DNA from: an uncultured Chloroflexia bacterium
GTDB lineage: Bacteria; Chloroflexota; Limnocylindria; Limnocylindrales; CSP1-4
Assembly: GCA_963746845.1 (NCBI GenBank)
Contig: CAVVCZ010000004.1
Span: forward strand, 1 to 64,000
DNA length: 64,000 nucleotides
Direction: 5' to 3'
Positions 8,643 through 18,364 of this stretch are shown here, piece after piece. Positions within the stretch are counted from its first letter, which is position 1, and each line of letters starts with the position of its first letter. The notes below the pieces were generated by a model. The model searched no databases. It saw nothing but the letters and a program-made list of their open reading frames with translations, and was not told where the DNA came from. The position numbers were made by a program, and so were the translations under genes.

Positions 8643-9707
8643 CTAGGCAGACGGGACCGGGCTCGTCGGGGCGGCGCTCGGGGTCATCGAGCTCGGCGGT
8701 CGCGATGAACCGGACGAGTCGAGCCGCAACACGCCGATGATCCATCGCTCCGAGAACCCGGCTCCGAATGCCACCAACAGGTACGTTCCCGGGTTCGCGA
8801 CATTCATGCCGGGCATCACGTTCCACGAGAGGAGGTAGTACGCGACGACCGCGACCGTCGAACCGACGGCGGCACGGACGGCGATCTCGATCCCGCGGAT
8901 CTGGTAGTCGGCGTAGGTCACCGGCTTGTCCCGAAGCTGGAGGAAGGCGCTCAGCAGGGCCCCCAACGTCCCGATCGCGGCGATTCCCACGGCCGTCAGG
9001 ACGGCCAGGACGGCGTCGCCGCCGGGCGGCGTGATGGCCCATGCGGTCAGGCTCGCTCGGCTCACGAGGATCGTCGCAAGGAACACCGCGACCACCATGC
9101 TGGCGATGGCCGCGTTGCGGAACTTCTCGAGACGACGCTTCTGGAGCGCGTTGTCGATCGACCATGCGGCCGAGATGTCGTTGAGGATCCCGATCCCGGT
9201 GTCGAGCTGGAAGCGGAGGTCGTCCCCCTCGCCATCGATCTTCACGTCGCTCGCCAACGGGCTGGCCGACGCCTTCAGGCGATCGTTCACCTCCGTCGCC
9301 TGAGCCTGGAGCCAGATGGACGGGACGAGCCAGATCAGCAGCCGCCTAGCTCGCCCGAGGTCGTCGTCCACGATCTCGACGTTCGGATCCTCGGTTTCCA
9401 GCGACACGCGCGTGTGCTCGAGGATCTCGATCGACTCGTCGGCGCTGTGCAGGTCGAACCAGACCTGATCGCCATAGTGGGTGAAGACGCTCCGGAGGTT
9501 CATCTCCAGCTCCGACCAGTCGGACCGCAACTGGAAGGCCTGGTACGTTCGAAAGTCGGTCAGGCGGTAGATGCTATCGGGTCCGCTCGCCTCCTCGGCC
9601 CGCCACTTCGGCAGCGGCATCTTGTCGAGCCGCCCCGCAATGCGCGCCATCACGTCGAGCCGTGCATCCCCGGGTGAGGACAGACGCTGCGACGCGGTCA
9701 CATTCAT
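8643..9707 (-). CDS. Hypothetical membrane protein (soluble N-terminus, 4 C-terminal TM helices)
   Basis: GTLGALLS...RAAVGSTVAVV...AFGAGFSER TM bundle. Confidence 0.7.
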   Translation of the reverse strand: MNVTASQRLSSPGDARLDVMARIAGRLDKMPLPKWRAEEASGPDSIYRLTDFRTYQAFQLRSDWSELEMNLRSVFTHYGDQVWFDLHSADESIEILEHTRVSLETEDPNVEIVDDDLGRARRLLIWLVPSIWLQAQATEVNDRLKASASPLASDVKIDGEGDDLRFQLDTGIGILNDISAAWSIDNALQKRRLEKFRNAAIASMVVAVFLATILVSRASLTAWAITPPGGDAVLAVLTAVGIAAIGTLGALLSAFLQLRDKPVTYADYQIRGIEIAVRAAVGSTVAVVAYYLLSWNVMPGMNVANPGTYLLVAFGAGFSERWIIGVLRLDSSGSSRPPSSMTPSAAPTSPVPSA

Positions 9708-10074
9708 GCCTGCGACCCTACGCCGCGGGCGTTGCCGAGCCGTCTCGCCTGCCGGTGCCGCGGCGCACGATCGTGACATCGCACCCGACACGGCCAGCCG
9801 CCAGATTTTCGGTACGGATCGACGATCGACCGGATCGCCGACCGACGGCCGACACGACGGCGGCGGAGGGTGGATGCGCGCGTTCTGGCGCCAAGGTCGT
9901 CCTGGCTGTCGTATGAGGGGGCTTGGCAGACGAACGGCCCACACGGCGGTAGCCGCGCGGCCGCCCGCCCCGGGTCACTTGCCAACGACCAGGACGGCCG
10001 GATGACGATGGCACCGGGGGGTCTCGTCACGGGATGCTCTAAGCGTGACCTGACACCCGCAGCCCGGAGCCAAG

Positions 10075-10323
10075 ATGACCACCTCGTTCGTTCTCCAGCC
10101 CCAGCCGTTCCGTCGCGGACCATCGACCGAAGCCGCGCTCGTCGTCGGCATCGTCGCCGTGGTGGCCGTTGCGACGCTGTTCGTCGCCGGCCTGACGTTC
10201 TTCGGCCTGTCGATCCGGCTTGCCGGCTTCTGGTGGCTCTTCGCCGGCCTCTCGATCGCCTCGTTCGCCGGCGCTGCCGTGGTCGCCGTCAAGGCCACGC
10301 ACTTCGTCTCGCCCCACGACTGA
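10075..10323 (+). CDS. Small 2-TM membrane protein
   Basis: GGAG RBS; two hydrophobic helices. Confidence 0.6.
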   Translation: MTTSFVLQPQPFRRGPSTEAALVVGIVAVVAVATLFVAGLTFFGLSIRLAGFWWLFAGLSIASFAGAAVVAVKATHFVSPHD

Positions 10324-10374
10324 GCGTGCGGCCGGCCCTCTCGCCGCCGGACGAGCCCTGACACACTTCGGGGC

Positions 10375-10923
10375 ATGAACGACGCGGACCATGACGCCCG
10401 GACGTTCGGGCACTCGACGATCGCCCTCGTCGTCGGCGACATCACCGCCATCGCGGCGGACGCGATCGTCAACGCCGCCAACAGCGCGTTCGCCGCCGGA
10501 GGCGGTGTCGATGGGGCGATCCGGGCGGCGGCGGGCCCCGAGCTGTCCGGCGAGATGCGGCGACGCTATCCGACGGGGATCGAGACCGGTGACGCGGTCT
10601 CGACCGGGGCCTACGGCCTGCCCGCCCGCTGGGTGATCCACGCCGTCGGACCCGTCTGGTCGGGCGGCGGCCAGGACAGGCTCGATCTGCTCCGATCCGC
10701 TTATCGCAGTGTCCTGGCGGAGGCCGAGCGACTCGGCGCCCGGACGATCTGCTCGCCGTCCATCAGCTCCGGGACCTTCGGGTTCCCGGCGGACACGGCC
10801 GCCGACGTGGCGCTCCGGACGGTCGCCGACCACCTGTCGGGCGGCTCGACGATCGAGCGCGTCACGTTCGTCCTCCGCGATCGGGGCTACGAGGCCTTCC
10901 GGCGCCGCCTCGCGACGATGTAG
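10375..10923 (+). CDS. Macro-domain protein (YmdB/MacroD-like ADP-ribose hydrolase)
   Basis: GDIT, IVNAAN, GGGVDGAI, VIHAVGP, ISSGTFGFP. Confidence 0.92.
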   Translation: MNDADHDARTFGHSTIALVVGDITAIAADAIVNAANSAFAAGGGVDGAIRAAAGPELSGEMRRRYPTGIETGDAVSTGAYGLPARWVIHAVGPVWSGGGQDRLDLLRSAYRSVLAEAERLGARTICSPSISSGTFGFPADTAADVALRTVADHLSGGSTIERVTFVLRDRGYEAFRRRLATM

Positions 10924-10926
10924 CCG

Positions 10927-11335
10927 CTAGCTCGGGGTCGCGCCGACCCGTTCGATGCCCGGCGACGTCGTCGAACCCATGATCGAAGGTCAGAATCCGG
11001 TCGATCCCGCGACGCTGCATGACCGCGACATGGATCGCGTCGCGGGCCGACAGCCTCCGGTTCGCCGCGACGAGCCGGCGCGCACGCTGGACGTCGTCGG
11101 TCTCGATCGGGTGGATCACGTCGACGACGCCGAGCAGCACCTCGAACGCTGGGTCGATCGCATCGCGGCGGTCGATCGCGGTGTACCGATGGAGGATCTC
11201 CTGGAGGACCTCGACGTCCGTGGCAAGGGTCTCGCCGTCGACCACGGCCCGCTCGAGGAGCTGGCGTGCCGTGAGCTTGTTCGGATGATCGCCGCCGACG
11301 AGGTACATCGGGATGTTCGAGTCCACGAAGATCAT
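10927..11335 (-). CDS. vapC: VapC-family PIN toxin (apparent 1-nt insertion near C-terminus)
   Basis: MIFVDSNIPMY, EVLQEILHRY, SARDAIH, TFDHGFD. Removing one base near 10963 restores VPGIERVGATPS*. Confidence 0.85.
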
Positions 11336-11595
11336 GCCGGCGGCGGGGTTCCGTAGCCGCGCTCGATCTCCTCGAGCAGCTGATCGATGTCTCCGGTCGG
11401 GAACGCGTGGCGGCTGGCCCGGTGGATCGCCGCGAGCTTCTCGCCGGAATCGGGAGCGTCTTCGGCGTCGCGCGCAGCACGGAGCGACGCGCGCACCCAC
11501 TCGGCGGTCGTCATGCGCCGCCGCCGGGCGAGCCGCTGGAACTCGGCGAGCTCGTCGTCGTCGAGCAGCACCTGGAGTCGCTTTGTCATCATCAT
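11332..11595 (-). CDS. vapB: RHH/CopG-type antitoxin (VapB)
   Basis: MTKRLQVLLDDDE...MTTAEWVRASL; ATGA overlap with vapC. Confidence 0.85.
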   Translation of the reverse strand: MMMTKRLQVLLDDDELAEFQRLARRRRMTTAEWVRASLRAARDAEDAPDSGEKLAAIHRASRHAFPTGDIDQLLEEIERGYGTPPPA

Positions 11596-11596
11596 G

Positions 11597-11625
11597 AGCC
11601 TAGTCGACTCATGGCGATGAGTCAA
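11597..11625 (-). promoter_or_regulatory. vapBC promoter with inverted-repeat operator
   Basis: Minus-strand TTGACT-N17-TAGGCT directly before the ATG (leaderless); IR GACTCAT-GGCG-ATGAGTC (11606-11623) covers the spacer and -35. Confidence 0.75.
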
Positions 11626-11710
11626 CGAATGGGATCTGCGGGCTGGCCAGATTTCGCGTCCAGGCGCGAGGCGAGACGACGGCGAGACGCCCGCGCGGTT
11701 CGATGTGCCC

Positions 11711-12136
11711 ATGGAAACGGCCATCGTCGCCGCGATTGCGGCGTTCCTCCCGACGTTGCTCAATCGCGTGGGCGAGCGTGCAGGCGAGTCCATCGCCGAC
11801 GACCTGACCTCCGGTGCCGGGAAGCTCGCCAGGAAGCTGTGGGATCGACTCTCCGGCGCGGTCCTGGGCGACCCGGCCGCCAGGGCCATGGCCGAGAAGG
11901 TCGCCGCCAAGCCGGACGATCAGCGAGCCCAGGATGCCCTGGCCCTCTCGCTCGAGGACGTGCTCGGTCGTGATGCGTCGCTCCGCCGCGACCTCGAAGC
12001 GATCCTGGCCGCTGCCGGCGACACGACCGCCTCGACGGGCGGCACGGCGATCCGGCAGAACGCGACCGACGGCGGCGTGAACATCGCCGGGGGCAACTAC
12101 GGGACGGTTCGGACCGATCGCCGATCGTCGACCTGA
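11711..12136 (+). CDS. Bell-like helical protein with C-terminal amyloid-like motif
   Basis: Hydrophobic N-terminal helix, KLWDRL...KPDDQRAQDAL helical domain, C-terminal QNATDGGVNIAGGNYGTV. Confidence 0.7.
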   Translation: METAIVAAIAAFLPTLLNRVGERAGESIADDLTSGAGKLARKLWDRLSGAVLGDPAARAMAEKVAAKPDDQRAQDALALSLEDVLGRDASLRRDLEAILAAAGDTTASTGGTAIRQNATDGGVNIAGGNYGTVRTDRRSST

Positions 12137-12145
12137 ACCGCCGAC

Positions 12146-12979
12146 TCAGGTGTCCGTGCGCTTCTTCTTCTCCGGATTGGCGCCCGGGAGGAAGTAGGCG
12201 AAGGTCGTGAGGACCAGCCCCACGAAGAACAGTCCGGCGCCGATCGTCGTCCACTGGGATCGATCCGGGGCGCCGAAGATGCCCTTCTGGCCCGCCTCGA
12301 TGATGCACGTGTTCTGCTCGGCGCCGAGTTCCGGGTACCTGGTGAGGCAGTCGTTCTGAGCCTGGTCGTTCTGGGCGAAGTCGCCGGCCGACGCGATGAT
12401 CGGGTAGCCAAACGCGGCGAATCCGGCGAAGGCGACCAGCAACCCGACGATCAGCACGAGCTTCGCCGGCCCGCGCATCCGGGCGAACCTCGACGCTGGG
12501 TCGTCGACCTTGATCCGGATCTTCTCCTGACGGGCGTCGACGATGCCGTAGTTGCCACCCTCGACGTTGACGCCATGTCCCGTGGCTCGTTGTTCGACGC
12601 GCTTGGCGGGCTCGGGCGGCGGCGGCGTTGGTGCCGTCGCTGCGGCCCCGGGCTGGCCACGGCTGACCAGCACGACGAGGGTCGTCTCGCCGATCTTGAT
12701 CTCGTCGCCCGGTTCGACCGCCGGTGTGCCGGTGATGGGCTTGCCGTTGAGGAGCGTTCCGTTCCGGGACTGGAGGTCCTCCAGGTGGAGTCCACCTGCG
12801 GCATCCCACCAGAGCTCGGCGTGGCGCCCCGACATCAGCTGGTCGCCGTACAGGCCGCCCGGTCCATCCACGCCGCGCCCGAGCTCGAGCCCTTGCTCGG
12901 GGACCTGGATCCGCGTGTCGTGGTTCGGGCCGCCGATGACGCGAAGAACGACCTCGTCGCCGGGATTGAAGCTGGCCAT
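12146..12979 (-). CDS. FHA-domain membrane protein carrying the same amyloid-like motif
   Basis: FHA motifs LGRG, SGRHA, SRNGT; Pro linker; QRATGHGVNVEGGNYGIV; two TM helices. Confidence 0.85.
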   Translation of the reverse strand: MASFNPGDEVVLRVIGGPNHDTRIQVPEQGLELGRGVDGPGGLYGDQLMSGRHAELWWDAAGGLHLEDLQSRNGTLLNGKPITGTPAVEPGDEIKIGETTLVVLVSRGQPGAAATAPTPPPPEPAKRVEQRATGHGVNVEGGNYGIVDARQEKIRIKVDDPASRFARMRGPAKLVLIVGLLVAFAGFAAFGYPIIASAGDFAQNDQAQNDCLTRYPELGAEQNTCIIEAGQKGIFGAPDRSQWTTIGAGLFFVGLVLTTFAYFLPGANPEKKKRTDT

Positions 12980-13117
12980 GCGCGTGAACCGTCGTTCGGA
13001 TCGAAGTGCCCGAAGGATTCGCCGCCGCCGTCACTGGCGCGTCTCGGCGAGGCGGTGGGGCCCGTTCGTTCGTGGCACTGCCAGCCGACCCTTGGCCGGC
13101 CTGCTAGGGTGGAGCCC

Positions 13118-13453
13118 GTGGTCAAGCAGCATCGCCGCTTCGAGCTGCTGGACGTCGTGTTCGCCGACGCCCCGATCGGGCGGTGCACGATCGACCAGTG
13201 GCAGGACGACCGCGGCGACACGCAATGGGCGGCCCGCGTCCTGATGGAAAAGGCCCACGGATCGACCGCCGGGCAGCTCGTCGGGCGGACGCGCGAGGGT
13301 GGGTTCCTGTCCGGGCCGGCGACGTTCGCGGCCGACCAGGAGGGCCCGCGCGGCGCGCGGACGATGCTCGTCGAGCTCCACGGCACGGGCCCGCTCGTCC
13401 GGATCCCCGATCCCGCGGCCTCGACCGATCCGGCGGCCTCGACCGGTTCCTAG
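13118..13453 (+). CDS. Hypothetical protein
   Basis: GC3-biased ORF; TAGGGT -10-like box 7 nt upstream of GTG. Confidence 0.55.
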   Translation: MVKQHRRFELLDVVFADAPIGRCTIDQWQDDRGDTQWAARVLMEKAHGSTAGQLVGRTREGGFLSGPATFAADQEGPRGARTMLVELHGTGPLVRIPDPAASTDPAASTGS

Positions 13454-14019
13454 CCGGCAGCCTCGCGCGTTCGCTCCACGACGTCCGTCCAGAAGTCGAC
13501 GGCCGCCGACTCGTAGCGCAGGCCCATCGGCAGCGTCTCGCCGCGCCAGTGCTCGACGGTCCGGTGGCCGCGGCGGGGTGGATCCGCGCGTCGCTCCATG
13601 TGCTCGTCCTCGCGATAGGCCGCGAGCTTCGCCCGATGGCCGGCGAGCTGGTGCTCGGCGAGACGAAGCCGGGCCTCCGTGGACGCCAGGTCCGCGAAGA
13701 ACAGCTGGAGGAGCCCCGGGTCGCGCAGCTCTGCCGGCGCATCGGACGGGCGGCCCAGCCAGGCCTCCAGGGCGAACCGGCCCGCCGGGGTGATCTCGAA
13801 GATCCGGCGCCGGCGGCCGTCGTGCTCGCGCATCTCCGTCGCCAGGCCGAGCGCCGCGAGACGCGGCGGCTCGCTGTACAGCAGGGTGTGCGGAAACGAC
13901 CAGAAGTTCCCGAGCGTGGCGCGGACGTGCTGCTCGAGGTCGTAGGGCGTCGACGGCCCCTCGCGGGCCAGCAACCCGAGGACCAGGTACGAGGTCGGCG
14001 TCAGCCGTTCCGTTGACAT
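13450..14019 (-). CDS. PadR-family transcriptional regulator
   Basis: YLVLGLL...TPYDL...LYSEPPRL...FEITPAGR. Confidence 0.9.
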   Translation of the reverse strand: MSTERLTPTSYLVLGLLAREGPSTPYDLEQHVRATLGNFWSFPHTLLYSEPPRLAALGLATEMREHDGRRRRIFEITPAGRFALEAWLGRPSDAPAELRDPGLLQLFFADLASTEARLRLAEHQLAGHRAKLAAYREDEHMERRADPPRRGHRTVEHWRGETLPMGLRYESAAVDFWTDVVERTREAAG

Positions 14020-14167
14020 CCTGCGAACCGTACCATACAATCTGAACTATTCCGCACGGCCCACCACCGACCAGGTGCCGGGGAAATTCACACCCGGTGG
14101 GCACCCGCTCAGGGGCTCTGACCTGGACTCGCCACGGCCGCACGGATCGCAGCACAGGTGGTCCACC

Positions 14168-14605
14168 ATGACCACGGAAACGACGAAGATGATCGGGCGC
14201 ATCCCGCTCGAGGTCTTCAACAACGACAACTTCGGGCTCATCGACGAGCTCGTCTCGACGGACTTCGTCGAGCATGCCGCCCCGCCCGGCGTCGCACCGA
14301 CGCGCGAGGGCTTCAAGCAGTGGGCCATCGCGCTGAAGAAGGCCTTTCCGGACCTCCGCTACACGATCGAGGACTCGATCGACAGCGGTGACCGGATCGT
14401 TCATCGCCTGACCGCGACGGGCACCATGAAGGGTGACTTCATGGGCATCCGCGCGACCGGGAAGCGCGCGACCTGGCAGGAGATCCACATCGGTCGGGTC
14501 GCCAACGGGCGCCTCGCCGAGCACTGGGGCGTCGCCGATCAGCTGGCGATGCTCGTCCAGCTCGAGGTCATCCCGTCTCCGATGCGGGTTCCCGTCACCG
14601 CCTAG
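14168..14605 (+). CDS. SnoaL-like ester cyclase
   Basis: AFPDLRYTIED, GDFMGI.ATGK, AEHWG. Confidence 0.88.
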   Translation: MTTETTKMIGRIPLEVFNNDNFGLIDELVSTDFVEHAAPPGVAPTREGFKQWAIALKKAFPDLRYTIEDSIDSGDRIVHRLTATGTMKGDFMGIRATGKRATWQEIHIGRVANGRLAEHWGVADQLAMLVQLEVIPSPMRVPVTA

Positions 14606-14628
14606 TCGTCTCGACGACCAGCGACATC

Positions 14629-14660
14629 GAAGCCCCGGCGGCAACGCCGGGGCTTCTTGC
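14629..14660 (+). terminator. Intrinsic terminator
   Basis: GAAGCCCCGGCG-GCAA-CGCCGGGGCTTC 12-bp stem, GNRA loop, short T tract. Confidence 0.75.
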
Positions 14661-14718
14661 TGGGTGGCGTTGCGAAACACGAGACGCCGCGGAGTCGGTT
14701 GGGGCACATGCTCTTCCC

Positions 14719-15087
14719 GTGTTCTTCCCGGTCTCGGGCTGGTTCGCCGCCTTCGTCCTGACGCTCGCGGTCGAGGTGCCGATCGTCGCCTGGCTCCTTC
14801 GTCGCGCCGAGCCGGTGCTGTGGCGTCGGGTCGCGCTCGCCGTCTTCGCCAACCTTGTGACGCATCCCGCGGTCTGGTACGTGTTCAGCCAGCTGTTCGT
14901 CGTCGGCACGGTCGAATACACCCTGGCTGCCGAGGCCTGGGCGATCGCTGCCGAGGCCGTCTTCTACGCCGTCGTGATCCGCGGCCTCGGCGTCCCTCGG
15001 GCGGTCGTCGTGGCCGTCGTCGCCAACGGGGCATCGTTCGCCGTCGGGAGGATCATCGACGGCATTCGACCCGAGCTGTTCCGATGA
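14719..15087 (+). CDS. Small integral membrane protein
   Basis: LTLAVEVP, ANLVTHPAVW, four hydrophobic segments. Confidence 0.7.
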   Translation: MFFPVSGWFAAFVLTLAVEVPIVAWLLRRAEPVLWRRVALAVFANLVTHPAVWYVFSQLFVVGTVEYTLAAEAWAIAAEAVFYAVVIRGLGVPRAVVVAVVANGASFAVGRIIDGIRPELFR

Positions 15088-15109
15088 CATCGATCGAGGG
15101 AGGACCGTC

Positions 15110-16609
15110 ATGAGCGGACGTGTTCGCGGAGTGGCCGTCCTCGCCGTCGGGCTGCTGGTCGTCGCCGCGTGCCAGAGCTCGGCGACGCCGTCGCCGTCGA
15201 CGTCGCCGTCGGCCGCCCAACCGTCGTCGGTCGCGCCATCACTCGCGCCGTCGCCGGTCGCATCGCCCTCGACGGTGCCGAGCCCGTCGACGTCGGCCGC
15301 CGCACGATGGACCGCCGCTGGCTCTCCGATCGCCTGGCGCCGGGACCCCCATGCGGTCGCCCTGTCCGGCGGCCGGGTGCTGGTCGTCGGCGCCGTCGAG
15401 CCGGACGACGGATCGGCGCTCCAGACGACCGCCGAGATCTACGACCAGGCGACGAGCACCTGGACGGCGACCGAGGGCCTGCCCAAGGGCCGGACCGAGT
15501 TCATCGCCGTCCCGATCGGGGACGATCGGGTGCTCGTGGCCGGCGGCCTCAACGCGGACGAGAAGCAGCAGTCGTACTCGAGCGCGTACATCTACGACGG
15601 CGCCCCGGGCAAGGGCACGTGGACCAAGACCGGGTTGATGGGCGTGGCCCGGACGGCCCCGAGCGCCGCGGTGCTGCCCGACGGCCGCGTCCTCGTCGCG
15701 GGCGGCTACTTCTACTCGCCTCCGTCCTCGTCGCTCGACGACGACGGCAGCACCGGAGCGGCCGGCGCGAGGCTGCTCGACGTCGATCCCGGCGTCGGCG
15801 GTGCGGCGATGGCGACCGCCGAGCTGTTCGATCCGGCAACGGGGACGTGGTCGCCGACGGGGTCGATGCGCTACGCGCGGACGGGTGCCGGGGCGGTGTC
15901 CCTGTCCGACGGCCGGGTGCTCGTGGTCGGTTCCGGCGCCTCCTCCGGGGCCGGTTACTCGGTCATCGTGGACGGTCACGCCTTCGACACGGCCGAGATC
16001 TACGACCCGGCGACCGGCCGCTTCTCCCTGGCGGGCACGCTGCCGCCGATCGATCGCGCGGCCCTCGAGAAGGCCGGGAAGAAGGGTGCGAACCCGATCC
16101 CGGAGGACGACGGCGAGATCGGCGGGGGGACCGTTGCGGCGCTTCAGGACGGGGGCGCCGTGTGGATCGGCGTCACCAACTACTGGAAGCACGCGGCCGA
16201 CATGACGCGTTCCTTCCGATACGACCCGGCGACGCACAAGTGGTCCGAGATCGGCCAGACGTACGTCTTCGTGGGCGAGCCGACGCCCGTTCCCTTGTGG
16301 ACCCCGGACGTGCCGGCGCTCGTCGGCGCACGGGTCGCGTCCCTCCATGACGGACGGGTGCTGGTCGCCGGTGGCGCCGGGCCCAACCAGTACGGCGACA
16401 AGGGATACAACGCGACGCCCACGACCGCGGCCGCCGAGCTCTACGACCCGGCGTCGAACGCCTGGTCGGCGGCGCCCGCGATGCCCGAGCCCCGGTCCGG
16501 CGGCGCCACGGTCGTGCTGCCCGACGGCTCCGTGCTGCTGGTCAACGGGACGAACGACACCGGCAGCGACATCACCAACGTGTCGACGGCGGTTCGGTTC
16601 GTTCCCTGA
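15110..16609 (+). CDS. Kelch-repeat lipoprotein
   Basis: Lipobox VAAC, Ser/Pro linker, repeated DGRVLVAGG...AELYDP...W. Confidence 0.9.
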   Translation: MSGRVRGVAVLAVGLLVVAACQSSATPSPSTSPSAAQPSSVAPSLAPSPVASPSTVPSPSTSAAARWTAAGSPIAWRRDPHAVALSGGRVLVVGAVEPDDGSALQTTAEIYDQATSTWTATEGLPKGRTEFIAVPIGDDRVLVAGGLNADEKQQSYSSAYIYDGAPGKGTWTKTGLMGVARTAPSAAVLPDGRVLVAGGYFYSPPSSSLDDDGSTGAAGARLLDVDPGVGGAAMATAELFDPATGTWSPTGSMRYARTGAGAVSLSDGRVLVVGSGASSGAGYSVIVDGHAFDTAEIYDPATGRFSLAGTLPPIDRAALEKAGKKGANPIPEDDGEIGGGTVAALQDGGAVWIGVTNYWKHAADMTRSFRYDPATHKWSEIGQTYVFVGEPTPVPLWTPDVPALVGARVASLHDGRVLVAGGAGPNQYGDKGYNATPTTAAAELYDPASNAWSAAPAMPEPRSGGATVVLPDGSVLLVNGTNDTGSDITNVSTAVRFVP

Positions 16610-16619
16610 CGCCCCGACC

Positions 16620-16744
16620 GTCCGAGATCGAACGCCGCGCGGAACCACATCGCGGTTCCCCGCCGCCTCCTCCGATTTCGGATTCCGGTTTCGGAGGATC
16701 GGCGCGGGAAGGAGCGTGACCTCCGACGGCGTGCGAATTCGGAC
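16620..16744. repeat. Dispersed palindromic repeat family A, copy 1
   Basis: GTCCGAGATCGAACGCCGC...TCCTCCGA-..-TCGGAGGA...TTCGGAC; homologous to 48440-48563. Confidence 0.75.
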
Positions 16745-16837
16745 GATCGGGTGGCCCAGCCGCGCGGAGGCGGGGCGAGGAATCGAACGAGCCCGGCCGG
16801 CATAGGCGCCGACCGGGCTCGAATGCAGCAGCCGGGA

Positions 16838-18287
16838 CTAGGCCGCGGGCGCGACCTCCAGGTCGGCCGGGCCTGAGGGCTCGACGGCGACGGACGAACC
16901 CGCCACCGCGCGGACCCGCGAGCCGAGCGCGAGGGCCACGACCGCACCGGCGGCGACGAAGACGGCGCCGACCCGCAGCGGCGGGCAGCATCCCGTCGAC
17001 GAACGCCTGACCGGACGCGTACGACCCGTTGGCCGAGAAGATCGAGGCGAGGACCGCGACGCCGAACACGCCGCCGAGCTCGCGGATCGCGTTGTTCGCG
17101 CCGGACGCCTTGCCCTCCTCCTCGGGCCGGACGGCCGACAGCACGACGTTGGCGATCGGGGCGAAGAACAGGCCCATGCCGATGCCGGCGACGATGAACG
17201 CGGGGACGATCTCCGCGTAGTCGACGGTCGGGGTGATGACGATCGACAGCCACGCCAGGGCGGCGGCCTGCATCGCCATCCCGAGGACGATCAGCGGGCG
17301 CGTCCCGGTCCGGGTCGAGAGGAACCCGGCGGTCGGGGCGACGAAGATCGGCATCAGCGTCCAGGGCAGGGTCCGGAGACCGGCCTGGAACGGGCTGTAG
17401 CCCTGGACGATCTGGAAGAACTGCGCGAGCAGGAAGATCGACCCGAACATCCCGAAGTACATCAGGAGCGAGGTGCCGTTCGCGGCGCTGAACGACCGTG
17501 AGCGGAAGAGGCGGAGGGGGAGCATCGGCTCGGCGGTCCGGGCCTCCCAGCCGACGAACGCGACGATCCCGATGACGCCGAGGCTCAGCGCGAGGACGAT
17601 CTCCGGGCTGCTCCAGCCGAGCTCGTTGCCCCGGATGAGGCCGTAGACCAGCGAGAACAGGCCGGCGGTGATGATCCCGAGGCCGGGCAGGTCGAGCTTC
17701 TGCTTCGGGCCCCAGGTCTCGGTGAGGAAGTTGAGCGCGAGCGGGATCGCGATGAGCCCGATCGGCACGTTGAGCCAGAAGATCCACTGCCAGGCGAGGC
17801 CCTCGGCGATGGCGCCGCCCACGAGCGGGCCGATCGCGATCGCGAGACCGGCGATGGCGCCCCAGGCACCGAGCGCGACCGCGCGTCGCTCGCGCGGCAC
17901 CGCGGCGGACAGGATCGTCAGGCTGAGCGGCGTGAGGATCGCCCCGCCGACGCCCTGGATCGCCCGGGCGGCGATGAGCATGTTGACCGACGAGGAGAGG
18001 GCCGCGATCGCCGAGCCGGCGGTGAAGATCGCGAGACCGATGACGAACATCCGCTTCCGGCCGAAGCGGTCACCGAGCGCGGCCCCGGTCAGGAGCAGCA
18101 CGGCGAACGTGAGGGTGTAGGCGTTGACGATCCACTCGAGCTCCGACAGGCCGGCCTGGAAGCTGTTGCGGATCACGGGCAGGGCCGTGGTGACGACGAG
18201 GTTGTCGAGGGCGGCCATGAACAGCGCGATCGAGCTGATCGCGAACGTCCACAGGACGCGATGCGTTGGCGCTGGTCGGGCAGTCAT
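16838..18287 (-). CDS. DHA2-family MFS efflux transporter (apparent frameshift near 16982)
   Basis: LDNLVVTTALP, GDRFGRKR, IFWLNVPIG; the last TM continues in another frame to TAG at 16838. Confidence 0.9.
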
Positions 18288-18364
18288 CGCTGGGGCATCT
18301 CCTTGTTAGTGACTGATCGCTAGATTCAGGGAACGAAGAAAAAGGGCCGGATGGATTGGATTCG

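Noticed and set aside
9710-10070. Possible structured RNA or third repeat in a long intergenic gap
   Set aside because: Single copy, only weak inverted repeats, and no recognisable RNA family.
10075-10923. TM protein plus macro domain as a split Thoeris type II effector partnering the TIR gene
   Set aside because: The macro domain is a canonical YmdB/MacroD type with its own apparent promoter and lies 9 kb from the TIR gene.
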